DNA of 64,000 nucleotides. Origin: Bradyrhizobium sp. GTDB taxonomy: Bacteria > Pseudomonadota > Alphaproteobacteria > Rhizobiales > Xanthobacteraceae. Below, one piece after another: positions 58,868 through 64,000 of the stretch. Under the pieces are notes generated by a model, which was given only the letters and a program-made list of their open reading frames with translations, searched no databases and was not told where the DNA came from. A program made the position numbers and the translations under genes. How positions within the stretch are numbered: position 1 is the stretch's first letter; each line of letters begins with the position of its first letter. The stretch covers positions 50,110 to 114,109 of the forward strand of contig NZ_DATHOP010000154.1 in assembly GCF_035484855.1 (NCBI RefSeq), given 5' to 3'.

Positions 58868-59728
58868 ATGGCGATACGGATCAGGAATTTGGACGCGGCG
58901 CTCGGCGCAGAAGTCGACGACATCGATCTGTCCAGGGCCATCCCGCCTGCCGACGTCGACGCGATCGAAACCGCCTGGCGCGAGCGGCTTGTCGTCGTCT
59001 TCCACGACCAAAGCCTCTCGGATCCGCAACTCATCGCCTTCAGCCAAAATTTTGGCGAACTCGATCCACCGGGACCGAACCCCTATGGCGAGCCGTTCAA
59101 CAAAGAGCACCCCGAACTCAACGTCATTTCCAACGTGGTCGAGAACGGCAAGCCAACGGGCAACCTCGGCGACGGCGAAGCCGTTTGGCATGCCGACATG
59201 ACCTATGTCGAGGTGCCGCCCAAGGCTGCGATGCTGCATGCCCTGGAAGTGCCGCCGCCGGAAGCCGGCGGCAACACCTATTTCGCCAATATGTTTGCCG
59301 CCTACGAGACCTTGCCCGCGGACCTGAAGAAGGCGGTCGAGGGCAAGACCGCGGTGCACGACGCCTCGCGCAACAGCGCAGGGCTGCTGCGCAAGGGTTT
59401 TAAGGAGGTCAGCGACGTTCGCGAGACCGTGGGCGCGCATCATCCGCTGGTCCGCACCGATCCGACGACCGGCCGCAAGGCGCTCTTCCTCGGCCGCCGG
59501 CCCAGCGCCTATGTGCTTGGCCTCGGTGTGGCCGAGAGCGAAGCGTTGCTCGACGCGCTGTGGGCGCATGCGACGCAGCCGCGCTTTGCCATGTGCCATG
59601 AATGGAAGGTCGGCGATGTCTTGATGTGGAATAACCTCTCCGTGCTGCACCGGCGCGCGCCGTTCGATCCGAAGACGCGGCGCGTGATGCATCGCAGCCA
59701 GATCAAGGGCAACGAGCGGATCGCCTGA
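58868..59728 (+). CDS. TauD/TfdA family Fe(II)/2-oxoglutarate dioxygenase
   Basis: WHAD facial-triad motif, GG.T.FANM, HPLVR, W.N..VLHRR, R.MHR. Confidence 0.92.
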   Translation: MAIRIRNLDAALGAEVDDIDLSRAIPPADVDAIETAWRERLVVVFHDQSLSDPQLIAFSQNFGELDPPGPNPYGEPFNKEHPELNVISNVVENGKPTGNLGDGEAVWHADMTYVEVPPKAAMLHALEVPPPEAGGNTYFANMFAAYETLPADLKKAVEGKTAVHDASRNSAGLLRKGFKEVSDVRETVGAHHPLVRTDPTTGRKALFLGRRPSAYVLGLGVAESEALLDALWAHATQPRFAMCHEWKVGDVLMWNNLSVLHRRAPFDPKTRRVMHRSQIKGNERIA

Positions 59729-59752
59729 TCTGTCTTGCACACTGGGGTGACC

Positions 59753-60850
59753 ATGAAGCTGGCAGAACTCACGCTGCGGATGGTACGGGTTCCGCTGATC
59801 CGGCCCTATGTGCTGTCGTATCGCACCTTTACCGAATTCGAGCCTGTTATCGTCGAGGTACGCGATGCCGACGGCCGCATCGGCTGGGGCGAAGGCCACA
59901 TCTCACCCGGTTCGAGCAGCGAGACTCGCGAGGGCGGCTGGGCCTTCTGCCGGGAGCACGCCGCTGAAATCGTCGGCAAGGACACGACACAGGCGAAGGC
60001 TGTCATCGCCGCCCATCTGAACGCCAGCAAGGTTGCCGCAACGGCCCTGCTGACGGCGATCGAGATGCTGGAGGATCACCCGCTGCTGCGGCTCGATCGC
60101 GAGGCGCGTCTGCCGCTGCTGACGCCGTTCAACAGCTCTACCCCGAACGAAATAACCGAAGAGGTCGAGCGGCGTATCGAGGACGGCTTTCGCACCTTCA
60201 AGATCAAGGTTGGCAAGAATGCGGATGACGACGGCAGGCGTGTCAGGGCGATCCAGCAGGCGATCGGCGGTCGCGCGACGATGCGCCTCGACGCCAATCG
60301 CGCTTACAGCGAAGCCGAGGCCTGCCGCTTTGCGGAAACCCTCGACCCCTCCGGAATCGAACTGTTCGAGCAGCCTTGCGCGGCCGAAGATTGGGACGCC
60401 AATGCCAGGGTCGCCGGCGTCTCGGCCGTTCCGATCATGCTGGATGAGCCGATCTGCACGATCGATGACGTGCGGCGCGCCGGCGGCATCAACAATGTCG
60501 GCTTCTGCAAGCTCAAGCTGAAACGATTCGGCGGCCTCGACCTGGTCCATCAGGCGCTTGATGCGGTGCGCGCGCACGGCATGGAGCCGGTGCTCGGGGA
60601 CGGACTCGGGATGGAGCTTGGCTGCTGGATGGAGGCTTGCGTCGCGCGCGTCACCATCCGCAATGCCGGCGAGTTCAACGGATTCCTGAAGCCGAAGGTC
60701 CGGCTGTTTGCCGAGCCGCTGCCGTTCGTGGCCGGCGCATTGGTGCTCCCGGCGGGATTTCGGCCGCGCATCGATCGCGATGTGCTCGCCGCCCACCAGA
60801 CGGCGTGCGAACGGTTCGCGCCGGCGATCGCGTTGCCGATCGGCCGTTGA
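59753..60850 (+). CDS. Enolase superfamily enzyme, muconate-lactonizing/epimerase-like subgroup
   Basis: GWGE, KIK, LDAN, FEQP, LDE, second Lys in KLK.KRFGG. Confidence 0.88.
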   Translation: MKLAELTLRMVRVPLIRPYVLSYRTFTEFEPVIVEVRDADGRIGWGEGHISPGSSSETREGGWAFCREHAAEIVGKDTTQAKAVIAAHLNASKVAATALLTAIEMLEDHPLLRLDREARLPLLTPFNSSTPNEITEEVERRIEDGFRTFKIKVGKNADDDGRRVRAIQQAIGGRATMRLDANRAYSEAEACRFAETLDPSGIELFEQPCAAEDWDANARVAGVSAVPIMLDEPICTIDDVRRAGGINNVGFCKLKLKRFGGLDLVHQALDAVRAHGMEPVLGDGLGMELGCWMEACVARVTIRNAGEFNGFLKPKVRLFAEPLPFVAGALVLPAGFRPRIDRDVLAAHQTACERFAPAIALPIGR

Positions 60851-60875
60851 ATGGCTCGGCTGCCATCCGGCCGGA

Positions 60876-62039
60876 TTATTGCCGATGCTCGCTTCGGTGG
60901 ACCAGGAACGACCTGGCCCCCGGCAGATCCGGCGTAACACCAAGTCCTGGCGCGCAGGTCAGTGCGAAGCGACCATCGATGAGGCGCGGGAAAGGTTGGG
61001 CGAGCACCGCCTGCAGGGGGTTCTCCATGGCATCATGCTCGAGCAGACCGTCACCACCGACGGCGGCCAGCACATGCGCGGCGGCGTGCAGGCCGAGGCC
61101 CGAGTTGAGCCAGTGCGGACAATAGCGACGGCCCGCGGCGACCGCTCGACGCGCGACGGCTGCGCAGCCCGTGATTCCGCCCCACTTGCAGATGTCCGGC
61201 TGGATCACGCCGAGGTAACCGGCATTGATCGCCGCATCGAACTCCGGAAAGCCAATGAGATTCTCGCCGCCCGCGAGCGGGATGCGAGAGAGAATGGCAA
61301 GCTCCGCCCAGTGCGCCGGCGGGTCGTTGGCCGGAATCGGCTCTTCGATCCAGTCCAGGGGGAACGCGCTGAACGCCTCGACCGCAGGTCGCGCGGTCGA
61401 AAGCTCCCAGCCCTGGTTGGCATCGATCATGAATCGTTCGCCGGGCTTGAGGCCGGAAGTTATTTCGCGCACGTTTGCCAGATCGCTCTTCATGTCGAAG
61501 GCGACCTTCAGCTTGAAGGCGCGGTAGCCGCGCTCGCGGCACATGGCGACGTATTCGGGCGCGCCGTCGGGATTGAGGTTGCTGGCGTAGGCCATCACCG
61601 GTTCGGGCTTGGTCGATCGGCCCAGTGCTTTCCAGAGCGGCAGCCCGGCCTTGCGCGCCGCGAGATCTGAAAGCGCAACCTCGATGCCGGCTATGCAGGA
61701 CGCGAATGGACCGGGCTCGCCGCTCTGAATGGCGTTGCGTCGCATGCGCTGAGTGAGGTCGATCCAGGCGGCGGCAGGACTGGACCAGCTTCGGCCCGGC
61801 AACATCGGCAAGATGACCGTCTCCAGCAGCCGCAATTTGCTCTCGGCTCCGGAAGGCGGAAAGTTTGCCCACACCTCGCCCCACCCAAAAGCCCCGTCGC
61901 GATCCTCCACCCTGATCAGCAGCGCGTTGCGCGCCGGGATCGAGCCGAAGGAGGTGACGATCGGTTGTCCGATGGCAGCTTTGTAATGAAAAAGTTCGAT
62001 CCGGGCTGGAGCGACGATGTCGGACGCCGGCGTTTGCAC
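60876..62039 (-). CDS. Enolase superfamily enzyme, mandelate racemase-like subgroup
   Basis: GWGE, KLK, IDAN, WIEEP, GGEN, QPD...PH His-Asp dyad. Confidence 0.88.
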   Translation of the reverse strand: MQTPASDIVAPARIELFHYKAAIGQPIVTSFGSIPARNALLIRVEDRDGAFGWGEVWANFPPSGAESKLRLLETVILPMLPGRSWSSPAAAWIDLTQRMRRNAIQSGEPGPFASCIAGIEVALSDLAARKAGLPLWKALGRSTKPEPVMAYASNLNPDGAPEYVAMCRERGYRAFKLKVAFDMKSDLANVREITSGLKPGERFMIDANQGWELSTARPAVEAFSAFPLDWIEEPIPANDPPAHWAELAILSRIPLAGGENLIGFPEFDAAINAGYLGVIQPDICKWGGITGCAAVARRAVAAGRRYCPHWLNSGLGLHAAAHVLAAVGGDGLLEHDAMENPLQAVLAQPFPRLIDGRFALTCAPGLGVTPDLPGARSFLVHRSEHRQ

Positions 62040-62283
62040 AAGGCCTCCCCGGGGCTGGGCGATGCAGCCTAGATTAGGATAGCCGCAACGGCATATGAAG
62101 ACCTAGTTTTACGCCGCCGACCGGCAATTGAATTGTTCGGCATGAACGATTCTGACCGGAAGCGGACCTGCTGAGGCGCCCTCGGACGCGACGGACGTTA
62201 CAAAACCGTAACACCTCAAACCCGCACCGCGTTGCCGCACACCAACAAGGCGAGCCGATATCCGGAAAACGATGGAGGATGCC

Positions 62284-62562
62284 ATGAAATGCGCCATGAT
62301 CGCGACTGCCGCCCTGCTCGGCGCAGCGCTCGCCGCCGCAGCCGCGCCGGCTTCAGCCCAAAACCTCGGCGACGTTCCCGCCAACCGCGCACTCGATGCG
62401 CGCTGCCCGCAGACCGCCTATCTGGGGCCGACGGTCACCGGGTGGTGCACCGATCGCAACAATCTCATGATCAAGAGCCGCATCGACGTGCGGCGCTGCG
62501 CCGGCTTTGCGTTGACGGTCGATGCGGCAGGTCATTTGCGTTGCCGGGGGAGCACGCGATGA
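62284..62562 (+). CDS. Small secreted protein with CVNH (cyanovirin-N)-like cysteine pattern
   Basis: GGAGG RBS, signal peptide; C...G.T.T.WC.D....KSRID..RC.....DA.G.L.C. Confidence 0.65.
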   Translation: MKCAMIATAALLGAALAAAAAPASAQNLGDVPANRALDARCPQTAYLGPTVTGWCTDRNNLMIKSRIDVRRCAGFALTVDAAGHLRCRGSTR

Positions 62563-62620
62563 AATGCGCAATCATCGCGACCGCGGTGCTTCAATTGCGA
62601 CGAGAGCCGCCGAGTGATTG

Positions 62621-63376
62621 CTATTGCGGCAACACGGCCCAGTAGCTGCGCCCATTGGTATTGGGATCGCTGTTGTCGCTCGCCGTGAACACAAAACCGG
62701 AGCTCCGCCAGAAGGTAAAGCGGCCCGTGCCGTAGTCGCGGATAATTTCGTAGGTATTATGCGCCGGCCCGAGCCGCACGTTGTTCTCGTAAATCACGAC
62801 CGGCGATCGACTGTCGAACCTGACATTTTCATCATCGGCAAAGTCCCGCAGCTTGTTGGCCGCGTATGAATTGCTGACGGCCACATTCCCGTGCATCTCA
62901 AACGGCGGAACCAGCCGGATGACAACCTTGCCCCTCGGCGGCATGTCGACGGAGGGATTCGGCAGCACGGCCCAGTAGTAGCGCCCATTGGTATTGGGGT
63001 CACTGTTGTCGCTCGCCGTGAATACCAAACCAAAACGCCGCCAAAAGGAAAAGCGGCCCATCCCCTGGTCGCGGATATCGGCGTAGGAGCTGTGCGCCGG
63101 GCCAAGCGCCTTGTTGTTCTCATAGATCACGACCGGCGATGAGCCGGCGTCCCCAGCCTCTTCATCATCCGCAAAGGCCAGCAGCCTATCGGTTCCGGCA
63201 TGATTGCTGAACGCCACGTTCCCGTGCACCTCGAAAGGTCGAAATAACTGGATAACAACCTCGCCTTTCGGCGTCAGGTCGACGAAAGACCGCGCCGACC
63301 ACTCGGCCAGCGCAAAATAGGCCGCGATTGCGGCCAGTCCCACGATCCATTTGGTCCGTCTGTTCCAGGAGAGCAT
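62621..63376 (-). CDS. Membrane-anchored protein with two tandem ~105-aa repeats
   Basis: Twice P.G.VVI.L..PFE.HGNVA.SN...FADDE...SPVVIYENN..LGPAH..Y..IRD.G.GRF.FWR....FTASDNSDPNTNGR.YWAVLP. Confidence 0.85.
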   Translation of the reverse strand: MLSWNRRTKWIVGLAAIAAYFALAEWSARSFVDLTPKGEVVIQLFRPFEVHGNVAFSNHAGTDRLLAFADDEEAGDAGSSPVVIYENNKALGPAHSSYADIRDQGMGRFSFWRRFGLVFTASDNSDPNTNGRYYWAVLPNPSVDMPPRGKVVIRLVPPFEMHGNVAVSNSYAANKLRDFADDENVRFDSRSPVVIYENNVRLGPAHNTYEIIRDYGTGRFTFWRSSGFVFTASDNSDPNTNGRSYWAVLPQ

Positions 63377-63553
63377 CCCACCCCGTAGAATGCTACGGGC
63401 GTCAGAGAGAATCAAGGTGCTGAGGGTGTCCTGGTCCGTTGTTGACACGAAGCGGACATGTCACGACCTTCGGCTTGAGTCCGAAATACGAACCGACACA
63501 GACATCTATCGTCTTCCCTCAATTGCCGCCCTCTGGATTCAGCTACCGACGTC

Positions 63554-64000
63554 CTAGCTCAACGGCACGCTCTGCGCATGCCTGAAGACATTCTTCGGAT
63601 CGACCGCGGCCTTGATCTTCATCAGCCTCGGAAGATTGTCGCCCCAGTACGCCCGCGCAAAACCGTTGCCGAGATCGAGATCGCAGTAGTTCACATAGGC
63701 GCCGCCCGACACGTACGGCCGCATCGACGCATACAAGGTCCGCATCATCGCGATGTTGGCATCGGAGGCGCCCGGACTTTGCCACTCCATGTAATACTGG
63801 ATCGAATATAGGGTGTTCGCGCGGTGCACGAAGGCGGTTGCGTCGGAAGCAATTTTGTTGATGGCGCCTCCATAGGTGTCGCACAGCACCGCGATCACTT
63901 CCGGCGCCTTCTGAATGCCGGCGAGCAGCGTTATGATCCCCTGGTCGGTCAGGGGGGTGGTGACGTAGTCGGATTTTCCCTTCATGAGAACAGAGTCGTC
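63554..64000 (-). CDS. FAD-binding oxidoreductase with BBE domain (C-terminal part; 5' end outside window)
   Basis: GGAINKI..DATAFVHR, GAYVNY.D, YWGDNLPRL..IK...DP.NVF...QS. Confidence 0.9.
   Translation of the reverse strand, partial: DDSVLMKGKSDYVTTPLTDQGIITLLAGIQKAPEVIAVLCDTYGGAINKIASDATAFVHRANTLYSIQYYMEWQSPGASDANIAMMRTLYASMRPYVSGGAYVNYCDLDLGNGFARAYWGDNLPRLMKIKAAVDPKNVFRHAQSVPLS

Noticed and set aside
1-64000. CRISPR array, IS transposase, integrase or prophage genes
   Set aside because: No regularly spaced direct repeats and no transposase, integrase or phage motifs seen

Overview
High-GC alphaproteobacterial chromosome window; gene content and repeat families point to Bradyrhizobium or a close relative (inference). 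Layout: (i) 1.2-6.5 kb cyclic beta-(1,3)/(1,6)-glucan locus ndvC-ndvD-ndvB; (ii) tRNA-Lys(UUU) at 6684-6759, followed by about 11.5 kb of accessory small genes, REP-like repeats, ECF-type promoters and at least three candidate small-RNA genes; (iii) an aerobic-type cobalamin biosynthesis cluster of about 23 kb (18.3-41.1 kb) with a B12 riboswitch, no cobG, and a stand-alone TcuA/CobZ-N-like flavoprotein; (iv) housekeeping and envelope genes (formyltransferase, RidA, EamA, caspase-domain protein, cysK, tgt, queA, cyclophilins, coaD); (v) an accessory tail with a Bug/TauD/enolase-superfamily catabolic module and secreted proteins. The two strongest novel signals are (1) two divergent, covarying copies of an unannotated ~80-nt three-way-junction RNA (9902-9979 + and 11565-11649 -), each 7 nt downstream of its own sigma70-like -10 box, and (2) a secreted caspase-cyclophilin fusion that appears to have arisen by duplication of the neighbouring cyclophilin gene plus insertion of a peptidase C14 domain after the signal peptide. 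All family assignments come from motif recognition by eye; no database searches were run.
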